A stretch of 64,000 nucleotides of DNA from Candidatus Omnitrophota bacterium (GTDB taxonomy: Bacteria > Omnitrophota > Gorgyraeia > Zapsychrales > Zapsychraceae), in assembly GCA_016931055.1 (NCBI GenBank), contig JAFGFL010000089.1, positions 7,257 to 71,256 on the forward strand, in the 5' to 3' direction. Shown piece after piece: positions 36,142 to 45,810 of this stretch. Below the pieces are notes generated by a model, which saw only the letters and a program-made list of their open reading frames with translations, made no database searches and was not told the DNA's origin. The translations under genes and the position numbers were made by a program. Position 1 is the first letter of the stretch, and every line of letters starts with the position of its first letter.

Positions 36142-37119
36142 ATGGATGAAACGGGAAACCAATTTGGGCGTATCGGTATTTTAATGGGCGGGATTTCCTC
36201 TGAGCGCGCCGTTTCGCTGAAATCAGGAAAGGCCGTTGCGGAAGCCCTGCTGAGGCAAGGCTGCGATATCGTCGCCTTGGATATTGTTGACGGGGAAGAA
36301 AAGGCCATTTCCTCCTTGATCGGCGGGGCAAATCTTGATATCGCGTTTATTGCCCTGCACGGGCGGATGGGGGAGGACGGCACCATTCAGTCGATCTTAG
36401 AGAATATGAATATTCCGTACACCGGTTCCGGGATTGAGGCGAGCCGTCTGGCCATCAATAAGCCCCTCACTCAAAATATATTTAAAAAGAACGGCATTAA
36501 CGTTCCTGCTTATGTGACTTTGTCAAAAGGCAATGAGTTCAACGCGGATGAAATAGCCGGACAATTGGGAGGCTACCCGATCGTTGTTAAACCGGCTTGT
36601 GAAGGGTCCAGTATCGGTATCCGGATAACGATGACGCCGGAAGAGACGATTCATGCCATGGAACAGGCTTGGGGATACGGCCCGACGATATTGCTGGAAC
36701 GGTATATCAAGGGCAGGGAATTAACCGTCGGTATCCTTAAAGAAGAGGCCTTGCCTGTCGTGGAAGTCTGTTCGAAACGGGCATTTTTCGATTATGATGC
36801 GAAATACACAAAGGGAATGACGGACTACATTGTTCCCGCCGATATCCCGGAAGAGGTTTCCTGCGCGCTAAGGGAAACCGCCCTTCAGGCCCATCACGTT
36901 TTAGGCTGCGCCGATTTTTCACGGGTCGATTTTATCCTTGGCCTTGATCAAGCGCATTATGTTCTGGAAGTCAACACGATCCCCGGCTTTACTTCGACAA
37001 GCCTGTTACCCATGGCGGCCCAGGCGCGAGGCATAAATTTCAATCAACTTTGTTTTAAATTAATCCAATTGGCTTATGGCAAGAAGAAGACAATCAAAGA
37101 CGCAACTCTTTATCGTTAA
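36142..37119 (+). CDS. ddl: D-alanine--D-alanine ligase
   Basis: GGISSEREVSL-type N-terminus, ALHGRMGEDGTIQ, ATP-grasp (EGSSIGI), VLEVNTIPG. Confidence 0.93.
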   Translation: MDETGNQFGRIGILMGGISSERAVSLKSGKAVAEALLRQGCDIVALDIVDGEEKAISSLIGGANLDIAFIALHGRMGEDGTIQSILENMNIPYTGSGIEASRLAINKPLTQNIFKKNGINVPAYVTLSKGNEFNADEIAGQLGGYPIVVKPACEGSSIGIRITMTPEETIHAMEQAWGYGPTILLERYIKGRELTVGILKEEALPVVEVCSKRAFFDYDAKYTKGMTDYIVPADIPEEVSCALRETALQAHHVLGCADFSRVDFILGLDQAHYVLEVNTIPGFTSTSLLPMAAQARGINFNQLCFKLIQLAYGKKKTIKDATLYR

Positions 37120-37831
37120 GTTTATTTTTATTACCCTTTTGATGGGAGGATTGGGTTTCGGGGTCGCTTCGGCCGCGGTTTATTTCTTCCGCAATACGGA
37201 GTATTTCAGGATCCGTTCGGTGATCATTGACCCCGCTCTTCAATTCATCCAGAGGACTGACCTCAAACACCTGATCGGCAAAAATATTTTTGAGGTTGAC
37301 CTGAAGGCCGTCCAGCGTCATCTCAGTTATAAATATCCTCAAGCTGCCGAATTAAAGGTCATAAAACATTTTCCGGACCAGATCGATATTGTCGCTAAAC
37401 AGCGGATGCCTTTTGCGCAGATATGGATCGGAGAAAAGATCGCCATTATGGATGAGGATGGGGTCGTCTTGTCGATCATGGGGAAGGCGGAAAAACTCCT
37501 GCCGCTCATTGCCGGGGCGAAAACTGACAATCAAAGATTGGTTCGGGGGCTGCCTTTTCAAGGGGATGATATCCAAACGGCCCTTCAGATAGCCGGGTAT
37601 TTTCAGGGAAGCAAGAAGCTATCTTCTTATTCGCTCAGTACGATTAATGTTGAAAATTTGTCAAAGATCTATTTGACGTTATCCAACGATCTTCAAGTTG
37701 TCCTTGACCGGGATGATATTGCGCAAAAAATCAGGGTTTTGGAAGTTGTTCTATCCCCAGGAATGTTGGACATGAAAGAGGTCAAATATGTTGACCTCCG
37801 GTTCAAAGAACCGATCATAGGAAAGAAATGA
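37076..37831 (+). CDS. ftsQ: cell division protein FtsQ
   Basis: Basic N-terminus, single TM and a POTRA-like region (FRIRSVII...), in the canonical position before ftsA. Confidence 0.75.
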   Translation: MARRRQSKTQLFIVKFIFITLLMGGLGFGVASAAVYFFRNTEYFRIRSVIIDPALQFIQRTDLKHLIGKNIFEVDLKAVQRHLSYKYPQAAELKVIKHFPDQIDIVAKQRMPFAQIWIGEKIAIMDEDGVVLSIMGKAEKLLPLIAGAKTDNQRLVRGLPFQGDDIQTALQIAGYFQGSKKLSSYSLSTINVENLSKIYLTLSNDLQVVLDRDDIAQKIRVLEVVLSPGMLDMKEVKYVDLRFKEPIIGKK

Positions 37832-37933
37832 AGCATCCTTAAGGACTAGGCCAAAGACAACAGGCTCGACGGAGTATATAGCACATGAATTTAGTCCGGG
37901 CCTTTGGTCTTCAGCCCGTTGCCTATAAAGATT

Positions 37934-39175
37934 ATGCTGACAAAAATGATCAATGAAAAGTACTATTGCGGTCTTGACATAGGGACTCGAAAGATCAAGG
38001 CCGGTATTCTCAAGATCAAGGATCCGTCCGATATGGAGCTGATCGGCGCTTATGAACACAAGTCGCATGGGTTTAGGGACAATGCGGTCAGCGATTTGGG
38101 AGAGTTCTCGGAATGCATTCATTCCGCCATTGACGAAATAACCAAAAAAGCCGGGATTAAGTTTAAGGCCATACAATTAGGCGTTGGTGCGGCGATGATT
38201 GAGACCCGCCAGGTCGATACGGTTATTCCCTTGGTCGACAGGGGCCATAAAGTCATTACCCAGCAAGACATCAAGAAACTCAATAATAACGCTCGGTTAC
38301 TGGGGACTAAGATTGAGGAGGAGGTTTTGCATGAACTGCCCCAATATTATGTCGTTGACGATGTGAATTCGGCGCTCAATCCGGCCGGTCTTTACGGGCG
38401 TAAATTAGGCGTCAATTCCTTGATGATCGTGATCAACGGCAACCGTATCCGCAACATCACCAAGGCGGTGCATCAGGCCGGGTATGACGTGGACAATGTC
38501 TTTTTTAGCAGTTATGTGACTTCAAAGGTCGTTCTTCGCGATGTTGAGAAGAAAAAGGGATGTGTTCTTGTGGATATTGGATCACAGAATACAACGGTTC
38601 TTGTTTTTCTTGACGGAGGACTTCGGTTTCTTGAGAGGATCAATATGGGCGGGGACCATCTGACCCATCATATTGCTGATCAGATCCATTTGTCCTTTGA
38701 TTTGGCTGAAGAGATCAAGCAGTCTTACGCGATGGTCCTGGGTTCTGAGGCGCTTCAGGATGAAGAGATTTTAGTAAAGCGGGAGGATTCCTATTTCCCG
38801 GTAAAAAGAGGGGAAATTTGCCAAGCGATTGAGTCCGATATTGAAGAATTGGCCGGGCGCATCCAATTGGCCGTTATGCATTCGGGTTTGAGGGATAAAA
38901 TAAATAACGGGTTGACAATCATTGGAGGCGGTTCGCTCTTATCAGGTTTTATAGAAAAAATCGGCCAGGCCATGAACATGACAGTCAAACTCGGACAGGT
39001 GAATTTGCCTTTACGCAAGAATCTGAACCATGCGGCCCTGTTTTCCTCGGTGGTGGGATTGGCTCAATGCGGTTATGAAAAAAGCTTCCGTTATTCCATG
39101 GCTTCCAACAGCCAGTCCCATTGGAGCCAGCAAGTGATCAACAGAATCAAGGATTTATATCAGGAGTATTTTTGA
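37934..39175 (+). CDS. ftsA: cell division protein FtsA
   Basis: Actin-fold motifs GLDIGTRKIKAG, VDIGSQNTTV, IIGGGSLLSG. The ORF is open from 37904; ATG 37934 or 37946. Confidence 0.9.
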   Translation: MLTKMINEKYYCGLDIGTRKIKAGILKIKDPSDMELIGAYEHKSHGFRDNAVSDLGEFSECIHSAIDEITKKAGIKFKAIQLGVGAAMIETRQVDTVIPLVDRGHKVITQQDIKKLNNNARLLGTKIEEEVLHELPQYYVVDDVNSALNPAGLYGRKLGVNSLMIVINGNRIRNITKAVHQAGYDVDNVFFSSYVTSKVVLRDVEKKKGCVLVDIGSQNTTVLVFLDGGLRFLERINMGGDHLTHHIADQIHLSFDLAEEIKQSYAMVLGSEALQDEEILVKREDSYFPVKRGEICQAIESDIEELAGRIQLAVMHSGLRDKINNGLTIIGGGSLLSGFIEKIGQAMNMTVKLGQVNLPLRKNLNHAALFSSVVGLAQCGYEKSFRYSMASNSQSHWSQQVINRIKDLYQEYF

Positions 39176-39185
39176 TCCCGGGGAG

Positions 39186-39533
39186 CTATTTGTTCTGTAT
39201 GCGCAGGCGGTTGATGTTGTAGCTGATATCCTTAAGGATATTCGAAAGTCGTTGGATACTGTTAAAGATATACAGCATCCAGAAGGAATTAAGAAGCAAA
39301 AGAAGGACGAGGATGGCTGTATTGACGGATTGGGTCATGACGGCGCGTTCCAGGATGGAGGATCTGGGGATTTGGTAGTTGACGTCGATGACATTGAACA
39401 TATTATGGAACCAGAACAGGAAGATGACAAACAGGACAATCTGGAAAAACATGAAGTAAAAATGGCGCATAAGCCATTTGGCCGTCAGATTATCCCAATA
39501 CCTGATTTTGGTCATGAAATCTTTATAGGACAT
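39186..39533 (-). CDS. hypothetical small membrane protein (2 TM)
   Basis: 115 aa with two clear hydrophobic helices. The competing antisense ORF 39252-39635 is low-complexity and acidic. Confidence 0.4.
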   Translation of the reverse strand: MSYKDFMTKIRYWDNLTAKWLMRHFYFMFFQIVLFVIFLFWFHNMFNVIDVNYQIPRSSILERAVMTQSVNTAILVLLLLLNSFWMLYIFNSIQRLSNILKDISYNINRLRIQNK

Positions 39534-39652
39534 CGAAGTCTCCTTAAAGGCATTTTAACGAACTCTATGTTGAAAGCAATAAATATTAACACTTTTTCGT
39601 TACAATCACCAGTCTGGGGACCGTTTTGTGTTTAAAAGCTTTGGAGGAGGAA

Positions 39653-40033
39653 ATGATGCCGCATAAGATATTAATTATTGATGATGACAAGGGTGTTGTT
39701 GAGTTTGTTAAATCCGCTTTGACGAAAAGAAATTATGAGGTATTTACGGCCAATAGCGGCGACGAAGGGCTTACCCTTGTTAAACAGATTTCTCCGGATT
39801 TGATATTATTGGACGTTGTTATGCCGTCTTTGAACGGCTATGAGTTTTTGCGCGCTTTAAAGGCCCTTAGTGTTATCGAACGTAATAAGACAGTCCCGGT
39901 ATTTGTCATAACGGCGAAAGAAGAAATGGAAGATTTATTCAAGTCGGAAGGGGTAAAGGAATACCTGGTCAAGCCCGTAGATACTTCTGAGTTGATTAAA
40001 AAGACAGAGGAGTGTTTAGGGCCCAATGGTTAA
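39653..40033 (+). CDS. single-domain response regulator (CheY-like receiver)
   Basis: KILIIDDD, phospho-acceptor LLDVVMP, VFVITAK, K(P) motifs; no output domain. Confidence 0.88.
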   Translation: MMPHKILIIDDDKGVVEFVKSALTKRNYEVFTANSGDEGLTLVKQISPDLILLDVVMPSLNGYEFLRALKALSVIERNKTVPVFVITAKEEMEDLFKSEGVKEYLVKPVDTSELIKKTEECLGPNG

Positions 40034-40244
40034 GGATAAAAAGGGACCATACGCTTCTCATTTCTTGCCAATGTCAAAATTATTGATATAATGTCGCACG
40101 AAGAGCTGATATGCGCCTGCACTTTTTTTGATGAAAAAAGTGCTGGCGTTTGTTATTCTGGACATTCTTGATAGCGCCAGTACCCCCTGAGTTTGCAGAT
40201 GGGGTATTGGCACAGGTTTTTCTTGATAAAAACTATTGTAATCT

Positions 40245-40318
40245 GCGCCTGTAGCTCAATTGGATAGAGCGTCTGCCTACGGAGCAGAAGGCTAGTGGTT
40301 CGATTCCACTCAGGCGCG
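40245..40318 (+). tRNA. tRNA-Arg (anticodon ACG), CCA not encoded
   Basis: Manual cloverleaf: acceptor GCGCCTG/CAGGCGC, D stem GCTC/GAGC, anticodon stem TCTGC/GCAGA with loop CTACGGA, T arm AGTGG-TTCGATT-CCACT. Confidence 0.95.
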
Positions 40319-40422
40319 CTCTGCCTCTAAGTTAAATCGAAATTTTCGCGCACGGGAGAAAATTCGGTTATAGAGGCGATAAACGCAAATATTTTTTATA
40401 TCAGATAAAGTGCGTACGTTTA

Positions 40423-42060
40423 ATGACCATGGCTCAAAGAAAGCTCCTCCAGCCACAAAAATTACACTTCCGAGTTTCCTCCGAGACTCCCGGCAACCCC
40501 GAGTCTTCCTTAGCGGATCTGTTTGCGAATAACCGAAAAACGGGTTTAGCTGTCCCGAAAGGGGAACTTGATTTCTTCCGGTATATGGTCGATCAAATCG
40601 ATGATGAATTGATGATTACGGATAAAAAGGCCAGAATCGTCTTTGTGAATGAGGCAACGGTCAAAGGTTTGGGATATGCAAGACAGGATATCTTATGCCG
40701 GCCTGTAACGGATTTCTTCCATGACAAAATAACAGTGCGTCAATGGCAGAAGATATATTTTTCGAAGATTAAGAGGAAAAAGAAACCGATTTTGTACGTC
40801 ATTAACCGAGTTGTCAAGGGCGGGAAAGTCCGGATCATCCAAGTAACGGCTGTTTATATGCCGTATAAATCTGAGGGTTATGTTCTGACCGTCGGCCGCG
40901 ATGTCACTGACCAACTCGTCAATCAGGTGGAACTGAAGACGTCGGAAGACCGCTATCGGCTATTGAGCGAACAAGCCACCGAGGGAATTTTAATGCTCAA
41001 TTTAAATGGCATTATCTTTTATGCCAACAAAGCGGCGGCAGGGGTGTTTAAAATTTCACCGCAGAAGGCGATTGGAATGTCTTTTAAACGTTTTATGGAT
41101 AAAAATTCTATTTCGAGAGTGTCGGGATGCTTCAGAAAGGTTAAAAACGGAAAGCCTTCTTTGTGCAGTGGCCTGAACATCAAAGATCAGAATGGAAAAA
41201 TCACACCCATGGAATTTGTGGCTTCACCGGTTTTTATAGGGAAAAGAGTGGCTCAGATCCAGGTGATCTTCCGGGATATGCGCCAGGAAAGAGAGATAGC
41301 TTCGCTTATCCGGGAATCCGAAAACATGAAGACCCTTCAAGGTTTTGTCGCCGGGACAACCCGGGAGATCCAACAGCCGCTGAAAGGGTTAACGGTCCGC
41401 TTGCAGAGTTTGATCGATAAATATGACAACCGGTATTTCGAATATATCGGCTATAAGGAATTTGCCGACATCATGAGGACATTGCGGACAATGAATGATC
41501 AAACAAAATATTGTTATGAGACGGTCAACAAGATTGTGAGCCTTAGCCGGAGAAAAGCCAATCTGGAAAGACGCCGTTGTTCCGCGAACTCTGTCGTCCA
41601 GGAAGCCGTTGCCATCCTTAAGCAATCTTTAGAAGTCTCTAACATAACGCTTAAGACAAGTTTAAGTTCGCAGCTGCCGCCTGTTGCGATCGGACCGATG
41701 GACCTGGGCCAGGTGCTTAACAATATTCTGACCAACGCGATTCAGTCTTTTTCCAGCGGCGGCGGGACGATCCAGGTCACGACCAAATATCAAAAGGCCA
41801 TGAATGTTGTGCGCATAGATTGCCGTGATGATGGTGTTGGTATTCCAGAAGAAATGCTGGGCCATGTCTTTGAACCGTTTTTTACGACAAAATCACGCGG
41901 TTTGCATAAAAGTTCAGGGCTGGGGCTATCCATTGTTTACTCCATCGTTAAGACACATCACGGCGAGGTTTCCATCAAAAGCGACTACCGTAAAGGAACG
42001 GTCGTGACGGTCATCCTTCCGGTCACCAAAGCGAAAAGAAATCGAAACCACAGCCGCTAA
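40423..42060 (+). CDS. PAS-PAS sensor kinase-like protein with an intact HATPase_c domain but no H-box histidine
   Basis: Two PAS regions. The DHp H-box reads FVAGTTREIQQPL where the canonical form is AHEIxNPL (His to Arg). N (NNILTNAIQS), G1 (DDGVGI), F (FEPFFTTK) and G2 (GLGLSIV) boxes are present. Confidence 0.8.
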   Translation: MTMAQRKLLQPQKLHFRVSSETPGNPESSLADLFANNRKTGLAVPKGELDFFRYMVDQIDDELMITDKKARIVFVNEATVKGLGYARQDILCRPVTDFFHDKITVRQWQKIYFSKIKRKKKPILYVINRVVKGGKVRIIQVTAVYMPYKSEGYVLTVGRDVTDQLVNQVELKTSEDRYRLLSEQATEGILMLNLNGIIFYANKAAAGVFKISPQKAIGMSFKRFMDKNSISRVSGCFRKVKNGKPSLCSGLNIKDQNGKITPMEFVASPVFIGKRVAQIQVIFRDMRQEREIASLIRESENMKTLQGFVAGTTREIQQPLKGLTVRLQSLIDKYDNRYFEYIGYKEFADIMRTLRTMNDQTKYCYETVNKIVSLSRRKANLERRRCSANSVVQEAVAILKQSLEVSNITLKTSLSSQLPPVAIGPMDLGQVLNNILTNAIQSFSSGGGTIQVTTKYQKAMNVVRIDCRDDGVGIPEEMLGHVFEPFFTTKSRGLHKSSGLGLSIVYSIVKTHHGEVSIKSDYRKGTVVTVILPVTKAKRNRNHSR

Positions 42061-42546
42061 ATGCCCCAATCCCCGTTTTCACCAGAACACGTATTTATGG
42101 TAGAAGCCCTGAAGCAGGCAAAAATGGCTTTAGAGAAGGATGAAGTGCCGGTTGGGGCAGTCATTGTCCATAAGAACCAAATCATTGCCAGAGCGCATAA
42201 TCAGGTTGAAATGCTGAAAGACCCGACCGCGCATGCCGAGATGATTGCGGTCACTCAAGCAACTAGCGCCTTGTCGAACAAGTGGCTGAATGACTGTGCT
42301 ATCTATGTGACCATAGAACCCTGCAGCATGTGTGCCGGCGCTCTTGTTTTGGCCCGTATCAAAAGGATTTATTATGGCGCGCCTGATCCCAAGACCGGTG
42401 CTTGCGGGTCTGTTGTGAATATCGCGCAAAATAACCAACTTAACCATCATATTGAGGTTTCTGGCGGATTATTAGCGGAAGACTGTGGAAGCCTGATTAC
42501 TGAGTTTTTTAAAGGGAAAAGGGGGCAATTAATGAAAAACGAATAA
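42061..42546 (+). CDS. tadA: tRNA adenosine(34) deaminase
   Basis: HAEMIA and PCSMCAGA zinc motifs; 161 aa. Confidence 0.92.
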   Translation: MPQSPFSPEHVFMVEALKQAKMALEKDEVPVGAVIVHKNQIIARAHNQVEMLKDPTAHAEMIAVTQATSALSNKWLNDCAIYVTIEPCSMCAGALVLARIKRIYYGAPDPKTGACGSVVNIAQNNQLNHHIEVSGGLLAEDCGSLITEFFKGKRGQLMKNE

Positions 42547-42615
42547 TAAACTAGAAAAGGATATTTATACCCGAATTAAAATATCTGCAACCTCATGTAA
42601 TTGTTATAGTTACGC

Positions 42616-42642
42616 CTCACTTGCCCGAGTGAGATTTTTTTT
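42616..42642 (+). terminator. intrinsic terminator after tadA
   Basis: CTCACT-tgcccg-AGTGAG, then A and T8. Confidence 0.6.
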
Positions 42643-42772
42643 GTACAATACTTCTTCCGGTTGCTTTTATCTAGCCATATATTATATACTTGCTCATAAT
42701 AACGGTTTTTCTATGACAAAGTATAACAAACCTACCAAAGGTAATTGTTACTGAAAATTCAGGAGAAGTTGG

Positions 42773-45700
42773 ATGGTTTTTAAACGGATATTTGTTTCTC
42801 TTATAATATATACGCTCTCTGCATGTGCTGTCACAGTTGGTGCAGAGGATCCCGCTGTCAATGAGGAAAAGGTGGCTGCTTCTGCAGCTCTTCCAAGTAT
42901 GAAACTATCCCTTTCGAGCGGCCATGAAAAGGCCGTCCAGTTTGCACGGTCTCAAGACATGGCTTCCGCTTACGAATACATTCAGCAGGCCTACCAAAAC
43001 GACCCTGAAAAGACTGAAGTTATTGCGGACTATATCGCTATTTCAACCTGGATGGAGCACTTTGATGAGGCGGTAACTTTGTATCATAAACACAAGGAAT
43101 CAGGACTTCCTGATTACGCCGTTAAGGAAGCGATCAAGTCGTTGCGCGAGGTCGGCAATTATGAGGAATCGATCCGGTTATCAGAAAGTTATTTAGAATC
43201 GCACGGTAAAGATTTGGATGTCGCCATTGGGCTGATCTATTCTCTGATTCAGACTAAAGATTATGAGAAAGCGTCCCAACAGTTGTCCATTTTTGTAGGA
43301 ATATTTCCTGATGCCCTGCGTCTAAAAAGTCTTCAAACCCTGCTTTTTGCCTCACAAAAACAATGGGATAAGTTTTTTGATCCGATCGAAGGGGTCAGGC
43401 CATTGATCATTGATGGTCAGGATCCGGCGGTATTAAGCGACCTTAACGAAGGATTTTATCTGGTTTATGACGAGGCCATCGCGTTCGCCCGCAATGGCCG
43501 GTTTGGTGAGGCATTGGGCCTTTTGGACCAACTCGAAGTCTTTAAGCACAAATCCCAGCAAGTCGAAATGGACCGCATTGTGATCATGGCCTGGCAGGAA
43601 AAATTCGGCGAAGCGGTGGACGCCTACCGGCAGATGGATATCCAGAAAGACCCGCCGCCGTATTTCTTAAAAGAAGTCGCGCGCGCCTACAAGAAAAACG
43701 GGCAGGAAATAATCCTTTCGGACAAGCACTGGCAGTATATCACTCCTTATCTTCAGGCAATCGAGGAAGAGGAGTATCAAGCCCGGTTGCAGTTAGCCTT
43801 TATCCGATCCCATATAGAGGAAGGGAACATGGCAGAGGCCTTAAGGCTGATTGATGATATTCCCGGAGATGACCCTATAAAGCAGGAAGCTCTGTTCATT
43901 AAGGCCGAGATCTATGATGCGGCCGGGGAATACTGGAAAGCGGTACAGGTATTCAATCATATCCTCAATATTGAACCGGATAATGATAAGGCGATTAATT
44001 TGAAGCTGAGAAGTTTAATGGACCTCGGCGCTACAAGCTTGGTCCTTGAGGAAAGTGATAAGCATCCTGATATTGTTGACCCTGTTGTTCTTGAGCGGGC
44101 GCGGACCGATGTCCCGATGCACCGGATACAGTGGGAAGAATCGAAGCCGGCACTGGAGGAGATCCGGGAGCTTGAAGAAAAATATGCGCGCCTCTTTGCG
44201 GAAGACCGTGGTGATGAAACAGTTTCGGAGAATGATCAGCGGATCAAATGGGACCGGCTCCTTGCTCTGCGCAAAGAGGACAAGATGGACGAGGTTATTG
44301 CGGAATATGAGACTCTCCTGGAAAAAGGCGCTGACATCCCGCCATGGGTCTGCCGCGCGGCCGCTGACGCGTATCTTTATTTGCAAAAACCCGAGGAAGC
44401 CCTGGCTATCTATGATGAATTGCTCAAGACGGACCAGTCATTTGACGTTCAGATGTCGCAGTATTACACATTCGTGGAATTGGGGCGCTACAAGGATGCC
44501 CAAGCGGTCTTGGACCGGCTGGACGCGATTACGCCTGCGAAGATTATCAGACGCGGTATTTTACAGGACAATTGGGAGAAAGCGGACATTGTGTTTAACA
44601 GGGCCTGGCTGCTTTTGTACCAGGACCGTCTGAAGGATGCAGAAGAATATATTCAAAAGGTCAATAAGGTTTCTCCGTTCAATACGAATCTGCGGACAGC
44701 CGAGGCGCATACTCATTTATACCGCGGCTGGAAGAGAAAGGCTTTGGAAGACTTCAAAATGATCCGGACCCTGGATGACCGCGATTTCGCTTCCCATGTC
44801 GGTTACGCCCGGGCGCTCAATGACAACATGCAAAAAAAGCAAGCACGCGAGGAGATAAATCATATCTTAGATAAGAAACCTACCCATAAACATGCGCAGC
44901 GCTTGAAACGGGCATTTGATGTTGAGGAAATGGCGCAGGTTACGTTTGGCGCCAATTACAAAACAGAGGACCCCGGGGAAGACGAATATACCCTTTCCTT
45001 GCGCGGGGAAAAATCTGTTGATTTCCACCACACCCTGTTCGCCGAATTGATCCGCCGGGAGACAACGCAAGAAGGGGACAATGATGTCGCGCGCAAGATC
45101 CGTGTCGGCGACATCTGGCAGATCAATAACAACTGGCGGCTTGTGGGGGCCGTCACGGGGGATTATGAAAAATCCGATGACGTGGGCTTCTTGGGAGAGA
45201 TCCGCTATCAGCCGGACGATTACTGGACGTTCGATTTCGGATATGAATCTGACACCTTGGATATTGCTTCGCGGTCACGAAAAAATGGCGTTGAGGCCGA
45301 CCTGTACACTTTATCCGCGACCTATCGGATGAGCGAATTGTTTGATACGACGCTGGGCGTTACCTTCAAGGATTTTACGGATAATAACGAATACCTGGAT
45401 TATTTCTGGCGGACCGACACGGCGCTGACCACATCGGCGTATTGGAAGACGCGTTTGCAAACGGAATTCAGCTATGAAACATTCTCGGACCAGGATGTCG
45501 ATTATTTCAGCCCGGAAGAGACCACCTCGTTCTATCTCGTTCCCATCGTCGAACACACGTGGTTCCGACGTTATGAAAAGGCTTGGGTGGACCGTCTCTA
45601 TTTAGGGATCGGGCAGAAATGGCAGAAGGATTTCGGGACCAGCGACGCCGGATACATCCGCTATGAGCAGGACCACCAATTCTCGGATACGAAAAGCTGG

Positions 45701-45790
45701 CTGATCGGGACAACGTACAGCCTTAACGAATATGACGGGGAAGGCGTCAACTCGCTGAATGTGTATACGACACTGCGGTTCAAGTTTTAA
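42773..45790 (+). CDS. pgaA: poly-beta-1,6-N-acetyl-D-glucosamine export porin (TPR + C-terminal beta-barrel)
   Basis: Signal peptide, about 700 aa of TPR-like helical repeats, and a C-terminal region of alternating beta-strand pattern ending ...TLRFKF (OMP terminal Phe). First gene of the pgaABCD order. Confidence 0.8.
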   Translation: MVFKRIFVSLIIYTLSACAVTVGAEDPAVNEEKVAASAALPSMKLSLSSGHEKAVQFARSQDMASAYEYIQQAYQNDPEKTEVIADYIAISTWMEHFDEAVTLYHKHKESGLPDYAVKEAIKSLREVGNYEESIRLSESYLESHGKDLDVAIGLIYSLIQTKDYEKASQQLSIFVGIFPDALRLKSLQTLLFASQKQWDKFFDPIEGVRPLIIDGQDPAVLSDLNEGFYLVYDEAIAFARNGRFGEALGLLDQLEVFKHKSQQVEMDRIVIMAWQEKFGEAVDAYRQMDIQKDPPPYFLKEVARAYKKNGQEIILSDKHWQYITPYLQAIEEEEYQARLQLAFIRSHIEEGNMAEALRLIDDIPGDDPIKQEALFIKAEIYDAAGEYWKAVQVFNHILNIEPDNDKAINLKLRSLMDLGATSLVLEESDKHPDIVDPVVLERARTDVPMHRIQWEESKPALEEIRELEEKYARLFAEDRGDETVSENDQRIKWDRLLALRKEDKMDEVIAEYETLLEKGADIPPWVCRAAADAYLYLQKPEEALAIYDELLKTDQSFDVQMSQYYTFVELGRYKDAQAVLDRLDAITPAKIIRRGILQDNWEKADIVFNRAWLLLYQDRLKDAEEYIQKVNKVSPFNTNLRTAEAHTHLYRGWKRKALEDFKMIRTLDDRDFASHVGYARALNDNMQKKQAREEINHILDKKPTHKHAQRLKRAFDVEEMAQVTFGANYKTEDPGEDEYTLSLRGEKSVDFHHTLFAELIRRETTQEGDNDVARKIRVGDIWQINNNWRLVGAVTGDYEKSDDVGFLGEIRYQPDDYWTFDFGYESDTLDIASRSRKNGVEADLYTLSATYRMSELFDTTLGVTFKDFTDNNEYLDYFWRTDTALTTSAYWKTRLQTEFSYETFSDQDVDYFSPEETTSFYLVPIVEHTWFRRYEKAWVDRLYLGIGQKWQKDFGTSDAGYIRYEQDHQFSDTKSWLIGTTYSLNEYDGEGVNSLNVYTTLRFKF

Positions 45791-45810
45791 TTAAAATTGT
45801 CATTTTTGAA

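Noticed and set aside
39252-39635. 127-aa + strand ORF overlapping the minus-strand 2-TM gene.
   Set aside because: The translation is acidic and low-complexity, and there is no ribosome-binding site. The minus-strand product has coherent TM helices. Neither call is strong.
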